64,000 nucleotides of DNA from a virus, in the IMG/VR virus record IMGVR_UViG_3300006919_000045, positions 8,515-72,514 of that record; one strand, given 5' to 3'. A program made the position numbers and the translations under genes. The notes below the pieces were generated by a model. That model was not told the DNA's origin and made no database searches. It worked only from the letters and a program-made list of their open reading frames with translations. This document shows positions 38,761 to 46,211 of this stretch, one piece after another; within the stretch, counting starts at the first letter, position 1, and each line of letters opens with the position of its first letter.

Positions 38761-38935
38761 ACCGCCCCACTCCTGGCGGATCGCAAGCACAATCCCGGCC
38801 CGGGGTCAAGCATTTTTTCAAATTTTTTTTGTGACATATTCACACAAAAAAAGCTGTACGGTGGGGCGCGAATGGTGTTATACTCTCAGCATGAGATGGG
38901 GGATTGGCTTCCATCACTTACTACCAAGGTGACTT

Positions 38936-39235
38936 ATGTCTAACTACACCAAGGCAATGGAGCAACGCATACGCGAAGCCGCTCCTCTCAACCTCGCTAA
39001 AGCCAAAGCATTGGCAGAGGAATTTGCGAGCGTAACACATCGCTCGGTCATTAGCAAGGCGCAGAGCATGGGCGTTGAATACGTCAAGGCCGCACCTGCG
39101 GCTCGCTCTCCGCGTCAAGCGGAACCGACCAAGGCCGACATTCTCGCGGAGATTCGCCGCGCTGTCGCCCTTGCAGATCGTGACGGCGATCTGACAAAGG
39201 CAGAGCTTTCCACAATCTTAATGGCGATCGCATGA
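38936..39235 (+). CDS. T5 A2-like DNA-binding protein
   Basis: NYT...LAEEF...RSVISK...GVEYVK HTH-like pattern shared with 42741 and 45473 ORFs. Confidence 0.6.
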   Translation: MSNYTKAMEQRIREAAPLNLAKAKALAEEFASVTHRSVISKAQSMGVEYVKAAPAARSPRQAEPTKADILAEIRRAVALADRDGDLTKAELSTILMAIA

Positions 39236-39429
39236 TCGCCGTTATCGGATGGCTCGGTGCGCTCTGCATGGCGGGCGCTCCTTTCATCATCGACACCGAC
39301 GCGGGTAAGATCCTCGCAATTGCTGGCCTGTTGATGTTGACTCAACAGGCGGCAGATGGTAAACTCTGGAATCTGGTTTGCTTAAACATTGCGGGAATTA
39401 TTGGATACTCTTATGCACTTTATTTTTGA
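39232..39429 (+). CDS. Small membrane protein
   Basis: Three short hydrophobic segments; ATGA overlap. Confidence 0.55.
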   Translation: MIAVIGWLGALCMAGAPFIIDTDAGKILAIAGLLMLTQQAADGKLWNLVCLNIAGIIGYSYALYF

Positions 39430-39892
39430 TCTTGACCATACCGTCATCGATTCCTCACACCGACAGATCACGCGGGCGGATGGCTCGCTTGACCTAGCGG
39501 CTTGGATTGAGAACAACACCCGCGAGAATATCATGGGTGACTCACTGCTACCGCTCGCCAGACAATGGCGACTAGCAGATAAGAAAGGCGCGACTATTGT
39601 TATCTGCACTGCCCGCGTTATGGGCGCGCATGATTTCGATTTTCTCGCATCGCATGGCCTACGGTGGGACGCTTGCCTCTCTCGCCCGATGGGAAACACA
39701 CTAGCGGACGCGGAACTTAAGGAAACTCTGCTACGCAAATATGCCACGGCTCGGCCTATGTCATGGGCGCGATTCTGCTCTACATCAATCTTTTTTGATG
39801 ATAACGAATCGGTGCTCTCAATGCTTGACGGGCTCGGCATCAGGGCTTATAATTCTATTTCTTTCAATCAATCGCTAAGGAAAACAGCATGA
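39413..39892 (+). CDS. HAD-superfamily phosphatase
   Basis: FDLDHT, CTAR, K and FFDDN motifs. Confidence 0.8.
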   Translation: MHFIFDLDHTVIDSSHRQITRADGSLDLAAWIENNTRENIMGDSLLPLARQWRLADKKGATIVICTARVMGAHDFDFLASHGLRWDACLSRPMGNTLADAELKETLLRKYATARPMSWARFCSTSIFFDDNESVLSMLDGLGIRAYNSISFNQSLRKTA

Positions 39893-40476
39893 TTCGTTTA
39901 CGCAAAATCGCCACCATTGACACTCAGGTAATGAAGCCTAGAGACTATCAGGAAAACGGCGACCCACAATCAGGCATGGGCTATAACTATCTTTATGAGA
40001 TTGTCGGCCTTGACAAATACAACGCGGCATTCGCTGGCGTTCGCATGACTAAGGATGGCTATGCCAAGGAATTTTATTCCACTGGTCACAATGGCCTTTT
40101 CTCTCGCGTTCGCACTACACTGCGAGAATTTGAGCGCGTTTTTTGCGACGGTGAATTTGGCGCTCTGGAGGCTATCGTCTACGGCAACATCTGCAAGGGT
40201 GCAAATCGCTCACTCGCTCAGGAGCAATACATTCACAAACGCAATCAACACGGCGAAGAATGGATGCTTCCGACCATCGAAGCGGCTACGCCTCGCGGTC
40301 AGAAGCGACCTTCCGGCTCGACTGAATTTTACAACTGGTCACCGAAACGCGCTTATGGCAAATACCTTCAGAGCATGACGCGCAAAGCGATTGGCGAAGG
40401 GTGGCAGGATATTATCGACCACAATTTTCGCGGCCAATCTGGGTGGGCGCTTCCGACTGTCGGGCGGGAACTGTGA
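39889..40476 (+). CDS. Hypothetical protein, possible GIY-YIG/T5orf172-like nuclease
   Basis: YNYLYEI, conserved-looking R, EQYIH and STEFY are reminiscent only. Confidence 0.35.
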   Translation: MIRLRKIATIDTQVMKPRDYQENGDPQSGMGYNYLYEIVGLDKYNAAFAGVRMTKDGYAKEFYSTGHNGLFSRVRTTLREFERVFCDGEFGALEAIVYGNICKGANRSLAQEQYIHKRNQHGEEWMLPTIEAATPRGQKRPSGSTEFYNWSPKRAYGKYLQSMTRKAIGEGWQDIIDHNFRGQSGWALPTVGREL

Positions 40477-40579
40477 GAGCGGGGGCGCTGATAGCTGGCG
40501 CATACCTTGTTTATTCCGTCGTCACTGATCTGGCGATCTGGGGCGGCGCGGTTTACTATTATTTCAATGGGGGCTTTTG

Positions 40580-41179
40580 ATGAAAGCACTACAAGCGAAA
40601 CTCAACCGGCTCGCGGAGAATCTCTCCGCTCCGGTGGCGGTAATTTTAGAGGGGCGTGATACTGCTGGCAAATCCTCGACTATTCGGGAATTGACTCACT
40701 ACCTACCGCCCGACCTTTACAGCGTTTGCCTATCGCACAAACCTAGCAAACGCGCAATGGCGGCATGGCTACCCTACTGGGAAACCAAACTACCAACGCA
40801 ACCGCGCATCGTGTTTTTTGATCGAAGCTGGTACAGCCGCGCGATGGTTCAACATCTCAACGGATGGTGTACGCCGCGACAATACAACAATTTTATGCGG
40901 CGTCATAAAAACTGGGAAGCTAATCAGCCGGTGCGCTTGATTAAATTTTGGCTTTCGATTTCGGAACAGGAACAGCAACGCCGAATAATTCAACGCAAGC
41001 ATTCACCGCTCACCTACTGGAAATTTTCGGAGAATGATGAAAACGCACTTTCGCATTATGACCGCATGAGCATTTTAAAAGAGCGCGTTATTGATTCGGA
41101 ATGGCACACAATTAATTTCGAAAATAAATCAAAAGGAATTAAAAAATTGCTTGACAAATTATGCGGCGAGCTGGCATAA
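40580..41179 (+). CDS. ppk2: Polyphosphate kinase 2 family protein
   Basis: EGRDTAGKSSTI (Walker A), FDRSWYSR, IKFWLSIS...Q..R, WK.S..D motifs. Confidence 0.9.
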   Translation: MKALQAKLNRLAENLSAPVAVILEGRDTAGKSSTIRELTHYLPPDLYSVCLSHKPSKRAMAAWLPYWETKLPTQPRIVFFDRSWYSRAMVQHLNGWCTPRQYNNFMRRHKNWEANQPVRLIKFWLSISEQEQQRRIIQRKHSPLTYWKFSENDENALSHYDRMSILKERVIDSEWHTINFENKSKGIKKLLDKLCGELA

Positions 41180-41180
41180 T
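41151..41180 (+). promoter_or_regulatory. sigma70 promoter
   Basis: TTGACA-18-CATAAT with upstream A tract. Confidence 0.55.
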
Positions 41181-41226
41181 GTTTTTATTGACTAGGGGAT
41201 TGGCCCCAGGAAAAGGAGAAAGAAAA

Positions 41227-41394
41227 ATGTCACACTACGTAAACGAAGCCAACGCCGAAGCCTGCTACGAAGAAGCCTGCGAAGCGGGTTACGCTTTTTT
41301 CCCCGAAGCCGACTGGGACGGTCAAGCGTTCGAGGCTTGGGTAAACTGGAAAACGGACGAGCTTCTTTCTGAGCTTCCCGACGGGTACCGTTAA
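41227..41394 (+). CDS. Small acidic protein
   Basis: AGGAG RBS; MSHYVNEANAEACYEEACEAG... Confidence 0.65.
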   Translation: MSHYVNEANAEACYEEACEAGYAFFPEADWDGQAFEAWVNWKTDELLSELPDGYR

Positions 41395-41410
41395 TGTTCC
41401 ATGTGGAACA
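41395..41410. other. parS-like centromere palindrome
   Basis: TGTTCCATGTGGAACA, one mismatch from TGTTCCACGTGGAACA. Confidence 0.65.
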
Positions 41411-41419
41411 CCTCGCCCA

Positions 41420-42043
41420 ACTCCTTGATTTATCAAGGATTTTGGCGCGCTCGCGCCAGTAGTAGTGCGACAGCGAAGTTGCTTAAAGGTGCAAATTAAG
41501 TTGAACAAAAACAGGTACTTAACAGTTAGTCTTTGAAAATTGGCGCGGGGGCGCCAGTAGTAGTGCAACGGTAGTTCAAATGTGGTGTTGCTTGCGCCAT
41601 TATAAGTAGTAGTGCAACAAAAGTCAAGTCTTTTTTGCGGGTGTGGTGCAAATTATTTACAATTGTACCAGTCTTCGTGCCAGACCCCGTGCCCACCCTG
41701 GTAGTATACGCGCAAAACGTGGCAATGTCAAGGATTATTTGCAGCAAGTCCCGGGATAATCTTTTAAAAGCGCGGCGCCGATTATACAGTAGTAGACCGG
41801 CAGTTGTCAAGTACTTTTTGCACAATTGGTGCAAATAAATCGCTTGACAAGTCTCTGCGGGGTAGCATATAATGGCAAATTGTGGCAAACCTGGGGCAAA
41901 CAGTGGCAAATTTACGAAAATTTTGGCAGATTAGGTGCAAAAAACACTTGACAGCCGAAATTTCGTACGCCGCCCCCCGGAATTCGCTTGCGTTGGGGTT
42001 ACGACAAAAAAGATTTGACATTGGGAACCGGAGGTAGTATAAT
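41420..42043. repeat. Injection-stop-like non-coding region with repeats, palindromes and divergent promoters
   Basis: Repeated GCGCC..AGTAGTAG, four GGTGCAAA, phased GGCAAA, palindrome TCCTTGAT-TT-ATCAAGGA, three leftward and two rightward sigma70 promoters. Confidence 0.65.
42015..42043 (+). promoter_or_regulatory. sigma70 early promoter
   Basis: TTGACA-17-TATAAT. Confidence 0.85.
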
Positions 42044-42067
42044 ATTTATCAAATCGGAGGAAACTGC

Positions 42068-42256
42068 ATGAACGATATTCAATTTGAAGCCTTTAGCTTG
42101 TACGCAGGTATGCGTATGGACGGTATGTCTAAGCTGGATGCATTTATGTGGACAATAAAGTGTCTGCTTCCAGAGGAAGACTACCCCAACGGATACGATG
42201 ATGGTGCAGTAGAGCTGTACTCTTGGTTGCGGCAGAAGGTAAAGCTGGATGACTAA
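42068..42256 (+). CDS. Hypothetical early protein
   Basis: GGAGG RBS behind a consensus promoter. Confidence 0.7.
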   Translation: MNDIQFEAFSLYAGMRMDGMSKLDAFMWTIKCLLPEEDYPNGYDDGAVELYSWLRQKVKLDD

Positions 42257-42674
42257 GATTAGAGTAAAAGCAAAAAAGCAATGGTCTGAGGCTGAGCGAC
42301 GTTTGGCCCGGGCTGCTGCAGCCTTTGCAACTAACGAACTAGCATTAGATGTAAGTCCGATACCTATTCACATTGTACTAAAGGGCAGAAACGAACAAGA
42401 TTTTGGTGACTCTATAGACCTGGGGCATAAAGTTATTGTACGTATTAACAAAAGCCCAAACTGGCTGGGTACTTTATTTCACGAACTAGAGCACGCTCGT
42501 CAATATGTTTACTGCGAACTTGAGCTAGAAACTGACCATGTTATATGGCGTGGAACACTATCTGCTAGAGATGCGGGCAACTATGAGGAGTACTGGAAAT
42601 CTCCTTGGGAAGTGGAAGCAAGGCAAAAAGAAAGAGAATTATTTGCAGCTTTCCAAAAAAATCTCTTGACATAA
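42249..42674 (+). CDS. HExxH zinc-metallopeptidase-like protein
   Basis: LFHELEHARQY...SPWEVEAR. Confidence 0.7.
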   Translation: MTKIRVKAKKQWSEAERRLARAAAAFATNELALDVSPIPIHIVLKGRNEQDFGDSIDLGHKVIVRINKSPNWLGTLFHELEHARQYVYCELELETDHVIWRGTLSARDAGNYEEYWKSPWEVEARQKERELFAAFQKNLLT

Positions 42675-42694
42675 TCCTCAGAACCTTGTATAAT
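42666..42694 (+). promoter_or_regulatory. sigma70 early promoter
   Basis: TTGACA-17-TATAAT. Confidence 0.85.
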
Positions 42695-42740
42695 ATATTT
42701 TCAAAAGTGGTAAAACAAACTAATTTTTCGGGAGAAAAAA

Positions 42741-43064
42741 ATGACTGATATGACTGCAAAGGCTTCGGCCAACTACTCACAAGAGATGGTTGAGTTCATC
42801 TCTAACTCTTACTCTGCTGCTCCGACTCGTGCTACAGTCGACCAGCTCGCTGAGAAGTTCAGCAAGACTCCACGTAGCATCATTGCTAAGCTCTCTGCTT
42901 TGGGTATCTACCAAAAAGTTGAGCGTGTAACCAAGCGCGGTGAGCCTGTCATTAAGAAGGAAGTCATCGTTGCTCAAGTAGCCGAGCGACTAGGTCGTGA
43001 TCTGCCTTCTGTAGGTAAGATGACCAAGGTTGATCTTGAAGCTCTGCTCGAGATCTTGGGATAA
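42741..43064 (+). CDS. T5 A2-like DNA-binding protein
   Basis: NYS...TVDQLAEKFSKTPRSIIAKLSALGIY...TKRGEPVIKK. Confidence 0.7.
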   Translation: MTDMTAKASANYSQEMVEFISNSYSAAPTRATVDQLAEKFSKTPRSIIAKLSALGIYQKVERVTKRGEPVIKKEVIVAQVAERLGRDLPSVGKMTKVDLEALLEILG

Positions 43065-43068
43065 ATCC

Positions 43069-43089
43069 CGGGGCCTAGTGCCCCGTTTA
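43069..43089 (+). terminator. Intrinsic terminator
   Basis: CGGGGC-CTAGT-GCCCCG then TTT. Confidence 0.6.
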
Positions 43090-43247
43090 CTTAAATACTT
43101 CTATGTATATAATATACTGTCGAATTGGAGCTTTAACTCTCGTGCTAAATGCATGGGAAGACTATTGGCTAGCATTTCGAGAAGCGGAGTCTTTAAATAA
43201 ACGGGATTACAAGGCGTACTACTTTGTACGTTATAAGGAGAATTTTA

Positions 43248-43460
43248 ATGGCAAAAACAATGATTTTTGATGCCGCTACTACGCGTGCATACCGTAAAGG
43301 ACGTTTTCAGGGCAAAAAAGTAATGTCACACGGTGCTTTTCGTGCAAAGCGAAAGCCTAACTCGCCTATCGTTAAGAGAGCGGAGGCCGTAAAAGCTGCT
43401 GCAACCTTTGGAAAAAGTCCTGAGTTCAAGTTCGCTATCTACGGCATTGAGGTAGAGTAA
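43248..43460 (+). CDS. Basic hypothetical protein
   Basis: TAAGGAG RBS; preceded by a structured leader. Confidence 0.65.
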   Translation: MAKTMIFDAATTRAYRKGRFQGKKVMSHGAFRAKRKPNSPIVKRAEAVKAAATFGKSPEFKFAIYGIEVE

Positions 43461-43645
43461 TGCATCTTGTTCAAGAGCAAGAAGAGCCAGGAAAAACTAA
43501 GTATAGAGTCTATACTAAAAACGGAGCACTAATTTATGTGGGCCATCACGCCGGTGCTGCCCAAGAAATGTACGAAAACGGAGAGCGGGAGGAGTTAGAT
43601 GTTAGAAAAACAAGAGAGGCTCGCAGTAGTGGATCGAGCGACTGA
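43460..43645 (+). CDS. Hypothetical protein
   Basis: TAATG coupling. Confidence 0.55.
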   Translation: MHLVQEQEEPGKTKYRVYTKNGALIYVGHHAGAAQEMYENGEREELDVRKTREARSSGSSD

Positions 43646-43838
43646 TACAATAGAAGTAGAAGGTCAACGTATGTCTTTCACAAGCCTGCAAAGAGTAAAA
43701 GATGAGCTGTGGCACAACTGGGCGCTTTCAGAAGCCGAGGTTGACCACGTAATTCGTACAATGTATCAAGAAGGGGAAATTCGTGAAACCTTTTCTCTTT
43801 CTTCCTTTTATCCTTCTACATGGGGAACGAAAATATGA
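43599..43838 (+). CDS. Hypothetical protein
   Basis: GGAGG RBS. Confidence 0.55.
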   Translation: MLEKQERLAVVDRATDTIEVEGQRMSFTSLQRVKDELWHNWALSEAEVDHVIRTMYQEGEIRETFSLSSFYPSTWGTKI

Positions 43839-44020
43839 GCTGTAACATTACAGAAGTGGATCAAGTGACAATTCAATTTGCTACAAATGGGACTGTGCTT
43901 GAGTTTAGTGGGCGTATTGACGGAGACTGGTCTACTCGAAAAGAGTTGTTTTTAGTAGGAGATGAAGCTGATTTGTTTGCACGTATCGCTGACCTTCAGG
44001 TGTGTCACCGTGGAACTTAA
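43835..44020 (+). CDS. Hypothetical protein
   Basis: ATGA coupling. Confidence 0.55.
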   Translation: MSCNITEVDQVTIQFATNGTVLEFSGRIDGDWSTRKELFLVGDEADLFARIADLQVCHRGT

Positions 44021-44197
44021 AGAAAGTGCAGAAGCAATAGTATTTTGTATAAGTAGCTTTTGTACTCATGAAGCTGACCTTAAAAAATTCGAACCTAAAC
44101 TTCACATGAACAGTGATGGGTTAGTCTTGGAATATAATGATAAGAGTACAGGACACAAAATGTTTGAAAAAATTTCTGGGCTGAAGAAAAATAATTC

Positions 44198-44227
44198 TTG
44201 ACTTTTAGTTCAAAAACGGAGTATAAT
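44198..44227 (+). promoter_or_regulatory. sigma70 promoter of non-coding unit
   Basis: TTGACT-18-TATAAT with upstream A tract. Confidence 0.75.
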
Positions 44228-44233
44228 ATCTTC

Positions 44234-44915
44234 TTAAATGGGGGAAGTCAGGGACGCACAGTACGCCACCGCACTTGCGATAAGACAGTAAAGATCCCGG
44301 TAAAAGTTAAGCCTATCCGGAGCCCCGACCTAATTTGTTCCGCCTTCGTTGACCCTGCCGTGTACAGGTTGAAAGGCATCGTCCGTGGGACAAAAGTGCT
44401 AATGCGGGATGGCAAAGCACTATAAAAAGTACCATCTTAGTTTAGTGCCACTTAGCGCACTTTTCCCTGTTCGAGGTACTATATCGAGCCCCCATGTGTA
44501 CGGGCGGAGGTGCACGACCAGTTATGGCTTTGACACGTTTTCGGATTCTGGTTTAGCAAAAACGAAAAAGAGGTAGGTTGCATCTGCAGTGCTAACCTAG
44601 ATACGTGATAGGAGGTAGGTGCGTATCACTACAACTATAGGAGGAAGTCCTTTTTATTATTGGTCTATTATTGCAAAGAGGCGTCGAAACCCTCGATCAT
44701 AACGAAAGGCACTATATAGCCTAGTGGCAGTTCGCGGCTTTAAACCTAACTGCGGGTTTATCTACTCAGACCCGCTAACGCTAAGGGAGTAGGCAACTGA
44801 CGAGTTGGACAATACGTAGATTTACTCAGTAGCTGCTTGGGAGTCATGCCCCAATGTAGACCTAACAAACGGTAATCGAAGGAATCCCTGCATAGAAATA
44901 TGTGGGGATTTTTTT
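44234..44915 (+). ncRNA. Putative large structured ncRNA (~680 nt)
   Basis: Own promoter and terminator, no credible ORF, more than ten hairpins and nested long-range helices. Confidence 0.7.
44883..44915 (+). terminator. Intrinsic terminator
   Basis: AATCCCTGCATA-GAAA-TATGTGGGGATT then T run. Confidence 0.85.
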
Positions 44916-44935
44916 ATGTGTACAAAAAATTTTCC

Positions 44936-44964
44936 TTGACATTTTTCTTCAGAACCTGTATAAT
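44936..44964 (+). promoter_or_regulatory. sigma70 early promoter
   Basis: TTGACA-17-TATAAT. Confidence 0.85.
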
Positions 44965-44987
44965 ATGGATTCTATGGGAGAAACTAC

Positions 44988-45305
44988 ATGGCAAAAATAC
45001 TAGAATTTCCAGACAATCGTTCGTTGGAAAGGCAGTTAAAGATACTTACTGATGAACTTGTTGAACTACACGAGACGATGGGTAAGTTGTACGATAGTCA
45101 AGCGGCCTTAGACGGGTTGATCCTGGAAAAAGAAGAAGCGTACTCTAATGTACTAAACAAATACTCGCACGCTATTGGAGCTGAGAACATTGCTATCTCG
45201 CTACTACAGTTTGCGACCGACCATATTCAAGTGGACTTAGAAACAGGAGATATAAGATATGTCCCGCCAAAAGAGGAAGAGGAGCCTGATCCGGAAGTGC
45301 CGTAA
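44988..45305 (+). CDS. Acidic coiled-coil hypothetical protein
   Basis: GGGAG RBS behind promoter; MAKILEFP start. Confidence 0.7.
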   Translation: MAKILEFPDNRSLERQLKILTDELVELHETMGKLYDSQAALDGLILEKEEAYSNVLNKYSHAIGAENIAISLLQFATDHIQVDLETGDIRYVPPKEEEEPDPEVP

Positions 45306-45480
45306 GTGCGGTAAGGCTTTTAAAGCTGAAATCGACTCCGTGCACTATTGCTCCGTAAATTGTATATCGGCTTCTCACAACCCCGTTGCTGCTTTTAATC
45401 ACAATCGCAGCGGGGTCCACAAGCCGAAGAAGGGCAAGGGAAGCTATACAAGAAAAACAAGAAGGAAGAGTTATGAGTAA
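45259..45480 (+). CDS. Zn-finger protein with ArfA-like C-terminal motif
   Basis: CRKC...YCSVNC plus KKGKGSYTRK; AGGAG RBS. Confidence 0.5.
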   Translation: MSRQKRKRSLIRKCRKCGKAFKAEIDSVHYCSVNCISASHNPVAAFNHNRSGVHKPKKGKGSYTRKTRRKSYE

Positions 45481-45796
45481 TTATTCGGAGAACGAAACGA
45501 CTTATATGGTGCAACTGTACCAGGAAACCCCGTGCATGGCTACGGTGGATTTGCTCGTGGAACAATTAAAAAGAAGTAAGAAATCGATTATAGGAAAGCT
45601 ATCACGAGAAGGTGTATACCGAAGGGAGGTGTATGTATCGAAAACTGGAGAGAAACCTATTACAAAAGTGGAAATCGTTTCTCATATTGCTGAAGGTTTG
45701 GGAGTTGAGGTTTCAGATCTGGCTGGTCTTGAGAAAGCTCCCAAAAACGTCCTTCGAATCCTATCAAAAGCTGCAGCGGGGTCAGCAATCTCCTAA
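45473..45796 (+). CDS. T5 A2-like DNA-binding protein
   Basis: NYS...TVDLLVEQLKRSKKSIIGKLSREGVY...SKTGEKPITK; clear paralog of 42741 ORF. Confidence 0.7.
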   Translation: MSNYSENETTYMVQLYQETPCMATVDLLVEQLKRSKKSIIGKLSREGVYRREVYVSKTGEKPITKVEIVSHIAEGLGVEVSDLAGLEKAPKNVLRILSKAAAGSAIS

Positions 45797-46004
45797 TGAC
45801 TAGGGGACAATTCTCGTATATTAGTAGGCTAGCGGAATAAATAAGGGAAAATTTACGAACGAATTGGCGCAAATTTTGAACAGTTGTTCGCAAATTTAAA
45901 AAAGATTTTTACTTAAAGTATTCGTTTGGGTCGTATGACCCGTATTATTCTTATTTAATTATCAGGGTCATAGAGATTGGTACAATTCACACTTTGCTTT
46001 TACG

Positions 46005-46176
46005 AATGTAGTAGCGGGTTAGTTGCTGACTTAGCATATCTTGTAGACACCCCGTGTATATACCCTGCTCCCGCTAAGGCTCTGCAGGGTATTTATGCAC
46101 GAAATAGCTACATTATGCTTACGTCAGCATGTAGTTAGTGAGAATCAGTAGACAGACCTTATTGTCTATCAATTTA
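46005..46176 (-). ncRNA. Putative rod-shaped ncRNA (3' end uncertain)
   Basis: 106-nt imperfect hairpin 46024-46129 whose G-U pairs work on the minus strand; upstream minus-strand promoter. Confidence 0.55.
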
Positions 46177-46182
46177 TGATAT

Positions 46183-46211
46183 ATTTTACCACACTTTTTG
46201 GCATATAGCAA
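46183..46211 (-). promoter_or_regulatory. sigma70 promoter with extended -10
   Basis: TTGCTA-17-TAAAAT with TG extension. Confidence 0.6.

Larger units (their letters stand above)
38720..41394 (+). other. Putative terminal repeat / first-step-transfer (pre-early) segment
   Basis: Abrupt rise in GC and change in codon style, strand switch after late genes, A2-like first gene, bounded on the right by a repeat-rich non-coding block, as in T5. Confidence 0.6.

Noticed and set aside
41440-41940. CRISPR-like mini-array
   Set aside because: Repeats are short, degenerate and irregularly spaced; better explained as promoters and operators; no cas genes
41230-42021. Track ORFs across the repeat region
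   Set aside because: No RBS, implausible proteins, overlap promoter boxes
43130-43220. Twister ribozyme-like fragments (UAAC, GCGGAG, ACAAG)
   Set aside because: Required P2/P4 pairings and element order are missing
44198-44425. 75-aa ORF from the track
   Set aside because: Its TTG start is the promoter -35 box; no RBS; lies in the structured RNA
44638-44652. GAGGAAGTCC resembling the RNase P RNA P4 strand
   Set aside because: The matching 3' P4 strand and other conserved RNase P regions were not found
44234-44915. tRNA cluster, tmRNA or self-splicing intron
   Set aside because: No cloverleaf or T-loop with CCA end, no P/Q/R/S or domain V motifs, no interrupted gene
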